Below, in pieces: positions 14,764-24,643 of a stretch of DNA of 64,000 nt. The DNA is taken from the IMG/VR virus record IMGVR_UViG_2935124990_000001, positions 27,888 through 91,887 of that record. One strand, given 5' to 3'. The notes under the pieces were generated by a model, which saw nothing but the letters and a program-made list of their open reading frames with translations, was not told the DNA's origin and did not search any database. Position 1 is the stretch's first letter; every line of letters begins with the position of its first letter. The position numbers were made by a program, and so were the translations under genes. The stretch comes from a virus (Duplodnaviria > Caudoviricetes).

Positions 14764-16935
14764 CTACAACTGAGTGATCACCAGGTTCCGCCAGAACGGT
14801 CGCGTCGCCAGGTCCGTAATCGACCCGTTCGACAGCCCGGCGTAGCCGCCCCGGTAGGTCGTGTCCGCAATGGCCCCTGTGGTCCAGCCAGTACTGTCCG
14901 TACGGCGCAGCTCGACCGTCGTCGGGGTGACGTTGATCTGGAACGACATAGGGCTGTCCGCAACCGGCGCCGTGGTGGCGATGGTGCTGCCGACCTGCGT
15001 TCCTGCCGTAACCCCAGCGGTGTGCCGGTACAACTGCATGTCCCCCGACGCGCGCATCACCACGTGGTAGCCCCCGGTGGTGTTCGCCGTACCGAACCGG
15101 TACGGGTCGTCGGCCGTCTTCCCGAAGTAGAACCCGCCGTGAACCGTGGCCCCTGGCAGGACCTTGTACTTCATGTCGAACACGATCCGGTAGCCGGCCG
15201 CGCTGCCCTGGATCGGCGAGTAGGTGCCGAGCCCGTAGGACTGGTTCGGCAGGGCGTTGATGCTGACCCAGCCGGCGTCCGCTCCTTCGCCGAAGACAAG
15301 GGCGTAGGCGGTGTCGTAGTCCAGGGTGGGCGTGCCACCGGACTCCTTCACGGCGAGCCCCCACCGGCTGAACGTGCGCTGCGGCAGGTTCGTGGACACG
15401 TACCGGGGGTCGGACGACATCATGCCGACCACACCCAGCCCGGTCAGCCGGGCCACCTGCGACCTGCGGTAGACGGGCCAGGCGAAGACCGGCTTACCGC
15501 GGGCGACAACTTCACTGATGCGCTGGTCGGTGAAGGTGGTGGCGACGCCCCAGTAGTCGACGTTGGTGTCCTTGCCGTCCATGGTGGCGTTGGTGGTGCC
15601 GGGGTCGAGGTACACCCACGTGCGGTAGCCGCGTGTCTTCGCCCACGGCAGGGACAGCGTCCCGATGTGAGCTTTCCAGATCACCGACCTGGGGGCGTGC
15701 GGGTAGTACGTGTCGAGCAACGTTTGGGTCGGCACGACGGCGTCGTTGCCCTTCGGCTCCAGCAGAATCGGGATGCGACCGAGGAACTCGTCGAGGACCT
15801 GCCGCAGGGGCACCATCCGCTGGTCGGTCCACCCGGGGCCGAGCAGCGTCCGCCCGTTCGTGAGGACGGCCTGCCCGACCTCCTCAGTTGTGTACGTGTT
15901 CAGGCTTCCGGTCTGGTACGTGGTCCGGTCCAGGGTGAGGTCGTGGAGACACCACAATTCACCGCTGGCGTCCACGTTCACGGACACCTCAAGGGCGAAG
16001 CCCATGGCCGCGCACGCCCGGTAGCCAACCAGGGTGTGCTCGGGCCGGACCATTCCGCCGCCGCGGTGACCGAAGAACCGCGGGGACGACGGGGAAGCGC
16101 CAGCCAGGTAGGCGTCCACGGTCTGAACGGCGCTCGGAAGGTACAGAGCCGCCGCCGAAGCGACCGCGGTGTCACGGGCGGCGTTGGCCTTTGTGGTGGC
16201 GTCCGAGGCGGCGGTCGCGATGGCAGCGGACTGCGCGGCCGACGCCTTGGACGCAGCATCCGACGCGGCGGCGCTCACTGCCGCCGTACGAGCAGCGTCC
16301 GCCTTCGCCGTGGCGTCGGATGCCGCTGCGGTGACAGCAGCCGACTGGGCTGCCGCCGCAGCCCCGGACGGGTCGTACGCCCCGTCCGCGCGCACTACCT
16401 CCGCCGCGACCACGGTGTCCGTGTACTCCTGGGCCTCCGCCGCACCCGATGGGCCGACCAGCGACGCCAGGTAGTCGGCCTCCGTGCCGGTGTTCCCCGC
16501 CTCCAGCCACACCTCGTACGCCGACAGGCCGTCCGCACCGTCCTGCCCGTCGTCCCCCGGCGGGCCCGGCACGTACACGACGGTGCTGCCCCCGGTCGGG
16601 GCGTCCCCCAGATCGACCCGCAGGTTCCCCACCCAGTGCGGGCCGCCGGTCTCTGGAACCACGATGTGCGTCATCACCGGAGTGCCGTCGTACGAGCGGC
16701 CCTCCATCACCGCCCACACCGTGTCCCCCGCATCCGCTTGGATCAGGGCGTTCGGGATCAGGTCCGCGGACCAGGTGCCGTCCGTCTGCGGCTTCACCAG
16801 GACGGGGCGGACGACCTCGGCCTCCTTGCTGCCGGCGTACCCGATCGCCCGGGCGCCGGTGACGTCGACCAGCTCGATCTCGATCCGGGTCTGCGACGGG
16901 TTCCCGCCGACCAGCTTGCCCGTCACCGTGGTCAT
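14764..16935 (-). CDS. Tail-fibre-like protein with collagen/Ala-rich stalk and glycerophosphodiester phosphodiesterase domain
   Basis: GPPGDDGQDGADG and SAYEVW...GTEADYLASL fibre motifs; GHRGG..PEHT..HDLTLDRTT GDPD motifs. Confidence 0.8.
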   Translation of the reverse strand: MTTVTGKLVGGNPSQTRIEIELVDVTGARAIGYAGSKEAEVVRPVLVKPQTDGTWSADLIPNALIQADAGDTVWAVMEGRSYDGTPVMTHIVVPETGGPHWVGNLRVDLGDAPTGGSTVVYVPGPPGDDGQDGADGLSAYEVWLEAGNTGTEADYLASLVGPSGAAEAQEYTDTVVAAEVVRADGAYDPSGAAAAAQSAAVTAAASDATAKADAARTAAVSAAASDAASKASAAQSAAIATAASDATTKANAARDTAVASAAALYLPSAVQTVDAYLAGASPSSPRFFGHRGGGMVRPEHTLVGYRACAAMGFALEVSVNVDASGELWCLHDLTLDRTTYQTGSLNTYTTEEVGQAVLTNGRTLLGPGWTDQRMVPLRQVLDEFLGRIPILLEPKGNDAVVPTQTLLDTYYPHAPRSVIWKAHIGTLSLPWAKTRGYRTWVYLDPGTTNATMDGKDTNVDYWGVATTFTDQRISEVVARGKPVFAWPVYRRSQVARLTGLGVVGMMSSDPRYVSTNLPQRTFSRWGLAVKESGGTPTLDYDTAYALVFGEGADAGWVSINALPNQSYGLGTYSPIQGSAAGYRIVFDMKYKVLPGATVHGGFYFGKTADDPYRFGTANTTGGYHVVMRASGDMQLYRHTAGVTAGTQVGSTIATTAPVADSPMSFQINVTPTTVELRRTDSTGWTTGAIADTTYRGGYAGLSNGSITDLATRPFWRNLVITQL

Positions 16936-17279
16936 GAGGTGTCTCCCGTACGACTGTCGGAGGTGGGTGCGTGCCGGGCTGGCTGGTGTTGGGCGGTCCA
17001 CACCATCCAGGTGCGCTGCACGATCAGCACCGCGACGAAAGCGAGCAGAGCGGACCGTACGTACCGCAGGACCATGGCCGGGGTGCCGTCGAGGCCGGTG
17101 ATGGTGACGACGACGGTGTAAAGGCCGAGCAGGCCGATCGTCGCGGTGAACAGCATCAGGTGCCATCCCATGGGTGTCCGCCGCCACGGGGCCATCACGT
17201 GGTACGTGAGGACGAACACCAGGGAGCACAGAAATACGAGGGCGCTGACCGCCAGGTTGAGGATCTGCGCGAAGCTCAC
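16932..17279 (-). CDS. Putative holin (3 TM)
   Basis: Three hydrophobic helices, PWRRTPMG motif, located in lysis cassette. Confidence 0.7.
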   Translation of the reverse strand: MSFAQILNLAVSALVFLCSLVFVLTYHVMAPWRRTPMGWHLMLFTATIGLLGLYTVVVTITGLDGTPAMVLRYVRSALLAFVAVLIVQRTWMVWTAQHQPARHAPTSDSRTGDTS

Positions 17280-17485
17280 GCCGATCTCCCCTCTATGGAT
17301 GCGCGGAAGCGCGCTGCGAAGTGGTTCTCTTGCCGGGCGCGCCGTAGCGCCCCGGCGGCCTCGGTCACGGCGGGCTGCCGGTCCTCGGCTTCCTTGCGTG
17401 CCGCCTCGGCCCGTCGCAGCGCGGACTCGGCGGCCTTCTGCCCGTCGGAGGTGGACGGCCAGCGCAAGCGCTTGAACCACTTCAC
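17276..17485 (-). CDS. Lysis-cassette small protein
   Basis: Helical, RQENHF motif, coupled to neighbours. Confidence 0.7.
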   Translation of the reverse strand: MKWFKRLRWPSTSDGQKAAESALRRAEAARKEAEDRQPAVTEAAGALRRARQENHFAARFRASIEGRSA

Positions 17486-17772
17486 CGGGCGTCCACCTCC
17501 GAATCCTCCTCAAGCCCCATGCGCGGCAGCGCCTGCAGCGCATGCGCCGACGTGCGGGACAGTTCCAGTAGTTCCTTGGTCTGGTCGCGCTCCGACGTCC
17601 GTGCAGCCTCGGACACGGTGTGCGCTTCCCTCCAGGTGTCGCGCTCTTTCAGCAGGTCGTCGTAGGTCCTGCGGGGCACCAGGCGCCCGGTGAGGACCAT
17701 GAGAACGACGAGGGTGAGGAGAGCGACTGCCCCGCCTTGGGCGATGTCGATGCCCATCAGGTCGGCGGTCAC
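17482..17772 (-). CDS. Lysis-cassette membrane protein
   Basis: N-terminal TM, GRLVP motif, coiled coil. Confidence 0.75.
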   Translation of the reverse strand: MTADLMGIDIAQGGAVALLTLVVLMVLTGRLVPRRTYDDLLKERDTWREAHTVSEAARTSERDQTKELLELSRTSAHALQALPRMGLEEDSEVDAR

Positions 17773-17810
17773 GGGCGGCCCCCTCTAGGTGTCTGCACGG
17801 GTGGGTCTGC

Positions 17811-18179
17811 TCAGGGCGCGGTGACGGTCCTGGGCGGGCTGGCGGCAACGGGTGCGGTGACCTGGGTGCGATCCCACATGGCGACGACAGCGGCGGCGAC
17901 CGACAGGACAACAGCCTGCTGCTCGGCGGACCAGTCGAGGCCGAAGCCGACCGCCAAGGCGATGGCAGCCTGTATGAAGCCGAGGAGTGCGGCACCGACG
18001 CCGTCGCTGGCCATGACGGCGAGTGCGACACCGACCGCGGCGGCGGCGGCGGCGTTGATGACGGCCTGCTGCTCGCCGGATACCTCGACGCCGAACGCGG
18101 CGACGAGCTTGGCGAGGACAGCGACGAGGCCGAGGAGTACAGCGGGCTCTCTGCCGAAGATCTTCACGGGGTTCTCCAT
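17811..18179 (-). CDS. Holin
   Basis: KIFGREPA start, four hydrophobic segments, RTQVTAP end; follows endolysin. Confidence 0.75.
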   Translation of the reverse strand: MENPVKIFGREPAVLLGLVAVLAKLVAAFGVEVSGEQQAVINAAAAAAVGVALAVMASDGVGAALLGFIQAAIALAVGFGLDWSAEQQAVVLSVAAAVVAMWDRTQVTAPVAASPPRTVTAP

Positions 18180-18200
18180 GATGCGGTTAGGGGTGGGTGG

Positions 18201-19595
18201 TCAGGACTTGGGGACGCGGAGCTTTTCCCAGGAGGACTCGCCGGGGATGCCATCGGCGTCCGCTCCGGAGTAGCCGAGCTTCCGCTGGAAGGCGGCGTAG
18301 GACGCCTTGTCGGCGTTGGTCCAGTTCGGACCGGGCCCGGATTTGTACTTGCCGCAGCCCTCGGCGACGAGCCGGCGGCCCATGGCGGTGATGATCGGGC
18401 TGTGGCGTCCGCCGTGGAAGAACGCAGCCCCGGGGAACGGCTCGTACTGCGGGGCGGACGGCTTCGGCGCGGCCGTGCCGGACATCTTGAGCTTCTGGCC
18501 GACGGCGATCTGGTTCGGGTCCTTGAGCCCGTTCAGCTTCGCCAGGGCGTCCGGCGTCGTCTTGTGCGCGGCCGCGATGCTGGTGAGCGTGTCGCCCTGC
18601 TTCACGGTGTACGTGCCCGTCGGCGTACTGCTGCCGGACCCGGTGCCACCGCCGCTGGAGGACGGCTTGCCCGGGACGATGCTGGTGTCGATCGCCCCCG
18701 GGTCCCAGTGGTCGTTGCCGGGAACCTGGGAATGCCCGTAGTGGCCGCCCTTCGACTGCCAGGTGGACCGGTTGCGGCCCGCCTTCGCCGCGGCGGCCGC
18801 CGACGCCGGGGGCTTTCCTGCCGGCCACGTGTCGGGGATCCCGTGGGCGCGCCCGGCGGCGAGGAGCTTCCGGAAGTTCGGCTTCTTCGCGGGGTCGAAG
18901 CCCTTGGTCCACGGGGAGGCGGCCTTGCCGAGGACCTCGACCTGGATGTTGACCTTGCCTTCGCGGTTCGTGCGGCGGGCGCCGTCGTTGCGGAGGGCGC
19001 GCCCGGACTTGGTGAGCGGGCCGAACTGGCCGAGCTCGTCCGTGATGGGGTCGTAGATGACCTGGGGTTCGGCGCCCACGCGGATGAGGTAGGCGGCGAT
19101 CGATCGAAAGTAGTTCCCGCCGGCCGGGGATTCGGTGGTGTGCCAGGTGAAGCGGGGCGGGTTGCCGGGGGTGTCCATGGCGCCACCGATGGACTGGCCG
19201 CCGAAGCGAACCACACCGTCGATGTACGCCGGGCCGTACGTCGGGCCGGACGCCCCGCGCGGCGGAAGAGCGTACGACTCCATGATGGTCTCGGTCAGAG
19301 ATCTCGTGGCGTCATCGGCGTATCCGCCCTTCGGGGCCGGGTCGGGTTCGTAGACGCGGTAGTCGGCGGCGTTCGTCGGTACGTACACGTCGAGGTCGCC
19401 GTCGTCCCGCAGCACGCAGAACGCCCCGTCGAGCCGCGGGTGGTCCTTCACCCACCGCTCGGAGCCCGGAAGCTCGGCGATCGCACGGACCTCGTCGGCG
19501 TGGGCCTGGTCGACGGTGCCGAGGTAGGTGGTGGTCGGGGTGAGGGTGCTGTCGCCGGGGTCGATGTGGTCGACCGCGACGTGGAAGGTGTTCAC
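18201..19595 (-). CDS. Endolysin: amidase-like domain, LysM and peptidoglycan-binding domain
   Basis: WHTTE...GHSQVPGNDHWDPG; YTVKQGDTLTSIA LysM; ADGIPG PG-binding; GGAG RBS before GTG. Confidence 0.88.
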   Translation of the reverse strand: MNTFHVAVDHIDPGDSTLTPTTTYLGTVDQAHADEVRAIAELPGSERWVKDHPRLDGAFCVLRDDGDLDVYVPTNAADYRVYEPDPAPKGGYADDATRSLTETIMESYALPPRGASGPTYGPAYIDGVVRFGGQSIGGAMDTPGNPPRFTWHTTESPAGGNYFRSIAAYLIRVGAEPQVIYDPITDELGQFGPLTKSGRALRNDGARRTNREGKVNIQVEVLGKAASPWTKGFDPAKKPNFRKLLAAGRAHGIPDTWPAGKPPASAAAAAKAGRNRSTWQSKGGHYGHSQVPGNDHWDPGAIDTSIVPGKPSSSGGGTGSGSSTPTGTYTVKQGDTLTSIAAAHKTTPDALAKLNGLKDPNQIAVGQKLKMSGTAAPKPSAPQYEPFPGAAFFHGGRHSPIITAMGRRLVAEGCGKYKSGPGPNWTNADKASYAAFQRKLGYSGADADGIPGESSWEKLRVPKS

Positions 19596-19635
19596 AGGAG
19601 GGCTCCGTCCAGGTGGCGAGATGCAGGGAGGTGGC

Positions 19636-20010
19636 TCATGCGGGCGGCAGTTCCAGGAACCCGGTGATCCAGAGATTTCCGGAGGTTGCGACGAGGGTTG
19701 CCGGGTCGACCGGGGTGGTTGAGGTGCCGGAGTGCAGGTAGATCCGGGACAGGGCCAGGCCAACTGATGCCCCGCACCGCAGGCCGCGAGCCGCGTACCA
19801 CTCGTCCGGCGTGACCTGCATCGACGACACCCGCACCGCCCCTACGGGGTGCTTGATCTCCAGGTGATCCGGATGCTGCACCACTGCGGTGACCCCGGAC
19901 GGGGTGTGTGCACTGTCGGCGATCAGTTCCCAGCCCGTGCCCCTGTTCCGGATGGCGCACGAGATCAGCGCCAGGCGGGCGGTTGCCGGGGTCAGGATGT
20001 GCGTGGCCAC
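19636..20010 (-). CDS. Hypothetical beta-rich virion-region protein
   Basis: Fits operon between peptidase and endolysin. Confidence 0.65.
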   Translation of the reverse strand: MATHILTPATARLALISCAIRNRGTGWELIADSAHTPSGVTAVVQHPDHLEIKHPVGAVRVSSMQVTPDEWYAARGLRCGASVGLALSRIYLHSGTSTTPVDPATLVATSGNLWITGFLELPPA

Positions 20011-20011
20011 T

Positions 20012-20836
20012 TCAGATGCTCCAGGAGTCGATACGGGGCTGGATGACGTCGGCCTGGGTACGGAGGGCCAGGTAGGTGGAGAGGCGGAGCCGGCCGTCGC
20101 CGTGGTCCCCCCAGGCGGTTCCGTGGGAGTTCCGGAACCGGAGGATGGTGTGGTCAGGCATGAGGGTGCCGTCGTCGAGGGCGACGGCTTCGAGGGCGGT
20201 GACGCACACTTCGTGGCCGCCCTCCAGAGGCGAGTCCGCCCACGCCGGGTCGGCGTCGATGAAGCCGTCCGGGTCCGGGCTGCTGAAAGCTGCGTGCCAC
20301 GGCATTCCGAGGAGAACCGGCCCGGTCTGCAGGAGAGTGCATAGCTCTTCGGCGGTGGTGGCGTGCCCGTACTGGTCGATCAGGCCCCGGTTCCGTAGGG
20401 CCTTGGAGACGCCGAGGCCGGACGAGCCGACGTCCTGGGTGGGCCACGTGTGCTGAGACCACTGGTCGCAGGCGGTGGCATCCGCGTACAGGCCGATCGC
20501 GAAGTGCTGCGCCATCGCCGCATCCGCCAGGTTGAGGGCGGCTGCGTGCGCCTGCTCGGGGGTGAGGAGGATCGACAGCAGGGCGGTCGCGGCGTTGCCG
20601 GTGCAGGACGCGAGTGCGTCGGCGTTCGACTCGAGTCCGTAGGCGTCTGCGGTGTGGATGCCCTGGGCGATCAGGTTGCGCTGGTCGAGGACGGGCAGGC
20701 GGGGCTCCCACGCGGTCGCGCGCAAAGGCTGACCGTCGTACGGGCGCCGGTAGGCCAGGCTCCGCGGGTCCAGAACCATTTGGCGGCCGAGCCCGGGGGC
20801 TGGGTCGTATGTGCGGATTGTGAGATCGGTGGGCAC
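20012..20836 (-). CDS. Papain-like (C1) cysteine peptidase
   Basis: VLDQ, SCTGNA (Cys), GGHEV (His), RNSHG..WG (Asn). Confidence 0.78.
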   Translation of the reverse strand: MPTDLTIRTYDPAPGLGRQMVLDPRSLAYRRPYDGQPLRATAWEPRLPVLDQRNLIAQGIHTADAYGLESNADALASCTGNAATALLSILLTPEQAHAAALNLADAAMAQHFAIGLYADATACDQWSQHTWPTQDVGSSGLGVSKALRNRGLIDQYGHATTAEELCTLLQTGPVLLGMPWHAAFSSPDPDGFIDADPAWADSPLEGGHEVCVTALEAVALDDGTLMPDHTILRFRNSHGTAWGDHGDGRLRLSTYLALRTQADVIQPRIDSWSI

Positions 20837-20988
20837 CGTGCCCGTGCTCCTGCACTCCCCGCGCCCAGAGCAAGTGGTTGGCGTGCTGCGCCGGCCGGGG
20901 CCGGGTGGCAGTCCCTCGGGGATGGTGCGGGGCGGAGGGTCGCCCTATGGGTCAGCGTACGGGTGTACGGCCGGGTTGCTGCCCCTGG

Positions 20989-22599
20989 TCAGTCGAGGAA
21001 GTAGGAGTAGTTGTTGAGGCTGATGTAGCCGGATCCGGTGGAGAGGTAGCTGATGGCGCCGGAGGTGAGGTTGGTCAGGGTGATGGTGCCGTCGGGGTTG
21101 ATGTTCAGGGCGCAGGAGCCGCCGGTGGTCCCGCCGACCCAGGCGGTCTGCTGCCACCAGGTGGTGGGCCGGTATGCGGCGGGGAGGGTGGCGATGGTGT
21201 TGCCGTTGGCGATGGTGGTGGTGGCGGTTCGGCGCATGAGGTCACGAAGGACGATGCTGCCGTCGGGCATGAGGCGGAACCGTCCGGGACCGTAGTTGCC
21301 TCCGTATCCGGACCATCCGGATGCTGGGGTGAGGGTGGACCAGTCCGAGTCGGTGAAGATGCGGCCCTGGATGTTGATTCCGGCCGGCCGGATGTACATC
21401 GACAGGTCGGAGGTGCTGTTCCGGGCTCGCAGCCTGATCTCGCTGCCCGACATGGTGACGTAGGTCCGGGGGCCCAGGAGACCTGTTCCGCCGGGGGCGC
21501 TTACCCCGTCTGCGCAGTACAGCTCGAGAGAGGACGTGCCTGTGGTTCCGTTGGCGGTGTAGCCGTATGCGCGGGAAGCGCCGGATTCGCTGTTGTACGG
21601 GTTGGGGTTGGCGTCGACAGAGAAGCTTCCACCGCGAATGCCGGGCTGGCTCGACAGGAGGCGCAGTTCGGAGTTGACGGGCTGCCCGCCGGGGCCGATG
21701 TTGGCCACGGACGGTGATCGGAGAGAGGCGTACGGGTAGGCGGATGAGTCGTCAGTGACCTGTGCCGACAGGACCCCGGGGGCCGTTTGGGCTGCGGCAC
21801 CGGAGTGCAGCTCGACGGCCGGTACGGTCGACGCCGGATCGCTGGGGTCGGCCGCTTGGGGGTTGAGGACGATGCGCTGCCCGGAGGTTCCGGTTCGGAC
21901 GATGCCTCCGGTGACGACCGCACCGTTGACCTGCCCCCCGGTAATGATCTTCCCGGTGATGGCGTCGGCCCTGAGGGCGGTGGCGTCAACAGACCCAGCG
22001 GCCAGCTTCGGAGTCGTGACGGCGTTCGCGAAGACCTTCGGTGTGGTGACCGCCCCGTCGGCGATCAGCGTCTCGGTGATCTCCCCGATGCCGATCTCCC
22101 CGGCCACCGGCTTCGGTGTGTACGGGCCGACCTGCGCGGTGGCGGGCGACGCGCTGCCGGAGGTGTTGCGGGCCACGAGACGCACGTACTGAGGTGTGGT
22201 GGCGGGGATGTAGACGATGCCGCCCTGTGCCGTCTCAATCGTCGCGACGAGAGACTCCGAGTCCGGGGTGAACCCGTCGGCGGGTGAGGCATGAACCTCG
22301 ACGCGCGCCCAGTCCAGAGGGATGACTGCCCCGTTGGCGAACGTGCCGCCCCACCCTACGGAGATGCCACCGAGCGCCGGGGCAGCGGTGGGCGTGGCCG
22401 GGGCTGGTGGGGGTGCCCCGTTGACGATAGTGACCGCGGTGGTGCCGTCGCCCTGCTGGCCGACGATGCCCCGAAGCGAACCTGTTCCGTCCCTGACGAG
22501 GAGCGCGGTGTCGTCGAGGGCTGCGGAGGACAGGCGGGCGGAGCGCTGAAGCTCCTGTACCGCTTTCTCCAGCGCGGCGATCTTCAGTCCGATGTCCAT
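20989..22599 (-). CDS. Minor tail protein / receptor-binding protein
   Basis: From MDIGLKIAALE; GAVTTPK repeats, TSGQRIVL, SDWSTLTPASGW fibre-tip motif. Confidence 0.75.
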   Translation of the reverse strand: MDIGLKIAALEKAVQELQRSARLSSAALDDTALLVRDGTGSLRGIVGQQGDGTTAVTIVNGAPPPAPATPTAAPALGGISVGWGGTFANGAVIPLDWARVEVHASPADGFTPDSESLVATIETAQGGIVYIPATTPQYVRLVARNTSGSASPATAQVGPYTPKPVAGEIGIGEITETLIADGAVTTPKVFANAVTTPKLAAGSVDATALRADAITGKIITGGQVNGAVVTGGIVRTGTSGQRIVLNPQAADPSDPASTVPAVELHSGAAAQTAPGVLSAQVTDDSSAYPYASLRSPSVANIGPGGQPVNSELRLLSSQPGIRGGSFSVDANPNPYNSESGASRAYGYTANGTTGTSSLELYCADGVSAPGGTGLLGPRTYVTMSGSEIRLRARNSTSDLSMYIRPAGINIQGRIFTDSDWSTLTPASGWSGYGGNYGPGRFRLMPDGSIVLRDLMRRTATTTIANGNTIATLPAAYRPTTWWQQTAWVGGTTGGSCALNINPDGTITLTNLTSGAISYLSTGSGYISLNNYSYFLD

Positions 22600-23699
22600 C
22601 AGATTCCTCCGTACTTGTAGGTGTCGGCCGGCTTGAGGCCGATGACGGCCTGCGGGCCGCCCTCGGCGGCGGGGCGGATCGTCCACCCGGTGATGCGCCG
22701 CCACCCGGTGTAGTCCACCCACGGGTTGCGGACCCGGGTGTACACGTCATCGCCGACCTGCCAGCTACCGAACGGGGCGGAGCTGGTGTTGCGGATGGTG
22801 ATCTGGTCGACCGATCCGAGGACCATGCGCCGCGAGTGCTCGGCCGCGGTCAGCTTGGCGAGGGTGTCGTTGGTCTTGACCTGCGCGAAGTCCTGGGTGT
22901 GCTCCAGGCGCAGCCGGCCGTTGCGGACTGCGGATACCTGGCGCTTCCTCGCGGACCCGTCGCCGTCACCGAGGCCGACGACCACTTGGGCGTACTCGTC
23001 CCCGGAGAACGGGACCTCCGGGTCGTCCAGGATGTTGACCCCGGACTCGAAGGTGATGTCGGTGCGGCGGGCGCCGAGACGTGGCCACCCCAGGCGGATG
23101 CGGCGCACCGGGGCGGTGCGTGCGGGGTTCCAGGCGGTGGTGCAGGTGTAGTCGGGGCTGGCCTCGGCGGACACCAGCTCGTCCACCATGTCCCCGAGCG
23201 GCTTCCCGTCCCACCAGTAGCTGTTGAAGCGTTCGGCGGGGGTGCCGATCGTGGAAGTGGAGGTTGTCGCGTCAACGGCGACACCGAGGTCGCCGTCGGG
23301 GATGGACTGGGCGTAGGCCCAGATGTCGCGGACGACCTGGCACCGGTCCGTGTAGGTCCAGGGGCCGCGACCGCCGCACTGCCCGTCGAGGTCGAACCGC
23401 TTCATCAGGTACGACGACCAGCCAGCCGCCTCGATCGTGAACTCGTTCCCTTTCGGCCGGGCGTCCCAGACGAGGCCGCCCCATCGGATCTGGTCATCGA
23501 CCTCGACGTAGATGAGGGTGGTGCCCGGGTCGAGGAGGGTGGGGCTCTGGGACACCAGGCGCGGGGACAGGGTTCCGGTCAGGCTGCCGGGGCCGTTGAG
23601 TTCGTCCCCGTACTCCAGGTCCCCGACGGGCAGGGCATGGGACAGCCACTCTCCCGTCAGGGCGTGCTGGGTCAGGACCCGTGTGGGTGCGGGGCTCAC
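22599..23699 (-). CDS. Minor tail protein (hub/Tal-like)
   Basis: ELNGPGSLTG..RWGGLVW pattern; position after Dit. Confidence 0.75.
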   Translation of the reverse strand: MSPAPTRVLTQHALTGEWLSHALPVGDLEYGDELNGPGSLTGTLSPRLVSQSPTLLDPGTTLIYVEVDDQIRWGGLVWDARPKGNEFTIEAAGWSSYLMKRFDLDGQCGGRGPWTYTDRCQVVRDIWAYAQSIPDGDLGVAVDATTSTSTIGTPAERFNSYWWDGKPLGDMVDELVSAEASPDYTCTTAWNPARTAPVRRIRLGWPRLGARRTDITFESGVNILDDPEVPFSGDEYAQVVVGLGDGDGSARKRQVSAVRNGRLRLEHTQDFAQVKTNDTLAKLTAAEHSRRMVLGSVDQITIRNTSSAPFGSWQVGDDVYTRVRNPWVDYTGWRRITGWTIRPAAEGGPQAVIGLKPADTYKYGGI

Positions 23700-24631
23700 C
23701 GGGGGGCCTCGAAGAACTCGACGTCAGCCTTGAGGGTGGTGGAGGAGTCAACGGCGACGGTTCCGGTGTTCCCGGTTGTGCCGGTGGCTTGCGCGCGAAG
23801 GGTCTGGGTGGTGCCGCGGTAGGCGTCGGGGATGGTGAGGGTGTCGGCGACGAACACGGTTGCGCGCCGGATCGCGGTCTGGTTGTCGTCGAGGATGACG
23901 GGCTGCAAGGTCAGGGACGCGCCGAAGGTGGCCCGGAGGGCGCCGATGAACTGGGCGACGCTGTACTTGAGCTGGGCGATGTCGACGCTGATGACGGCGG
24001 TACTGGCCCACGTGGGGATGGGGATGCTCCAGCCGATAGCGGTGGAGAAGTTGGCGTAGGTGCCGTTGCTGTTGCTGATGCTGGTTGAGGTGCCGGAGGG
24101 TGACTGGATCCACTGGCGGCGTTCGCGGCGGGGGTTCGCGATCTGCCGCAGGTCCTTGATCATGGCGTTGGTGATCGTGGACGTGGACGCCGGAATGTCA
24201 ATCCGGGCGAGAGGGATGCCAGTGCGCCCGTCGGGGATCGTCGTGGCGGACGAGGACACGTTCGAGATGATCTGGAAGTAGTTGATCTGGTCGACGGCAG
24301 GGTTGAGGCTGCCCTCGTACTCGGGGTCCTCGACCCGCAGGATCAGCATGTCGGAGCGCGGCGACCCGCCCGTCGAGGAGATTCCCACGGTGGCCGACCC
24401 GATGTTGCACACCGAGTACGTGCCCTGGAACGCGGACACCCGCCCGCGAACCACCCCGGACCCGTCACCGACCTGGACGCTGGCACCGGGGGTGGAGAGC
24501 TGGGTGACCTTGAGGTCGGTGCCCTGGGTGATGCCCTCGGCACCGGACACCAGGTCACGGACCATCATGCGGAACTGCTGTGCGGAGTGGGTGGCGCCGT
24601 TCGTGAGGATCGGCACGGGGAAAAGGGCCAT
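23696..24631 (-). CDS. Minor tail protein
   Basis: PRSDMLILRVEDP..PLARIDIPA..ITNAMIKDLR actinophage tail motif. Confidence 0.75.
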   Translation of the reverse strand: MALFPVPILTNGATHSAQQFRMMVRDLVSGAEGITQGTDLKVTQLSTPGASVQVGDGSGVVRGRVSAFQGTYSVCNIGSATVGISSTGGSPRSDMLILRVEDPEYEGSLNPAVDQINYFQIISNVSSSATTIPDGRTGIPLARIDIPASTSTITNAMIKDLRQIANPRRERRQWIQSPSGTSTSISNSNGTYANFSTAIGWSIPIPTWASTAVISVDIAQLKYSVAQFIGALRATFGASLTLQPVILDDNQTAIRRATVFVADTLTIPDAYRGTTQTLRAQATGTTGNTGTVAVDSSTTLKADVEFFEAPR

Positions 24632-24643
24632 GGTGTGCGCTCC

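Noticed and set aside
16150-16360. Ala-rich tandem repeats (AASDA..KA.AA) as DNA-level elements
   Set aside because: Explained by the coiled-coil stalk of the fibre protein
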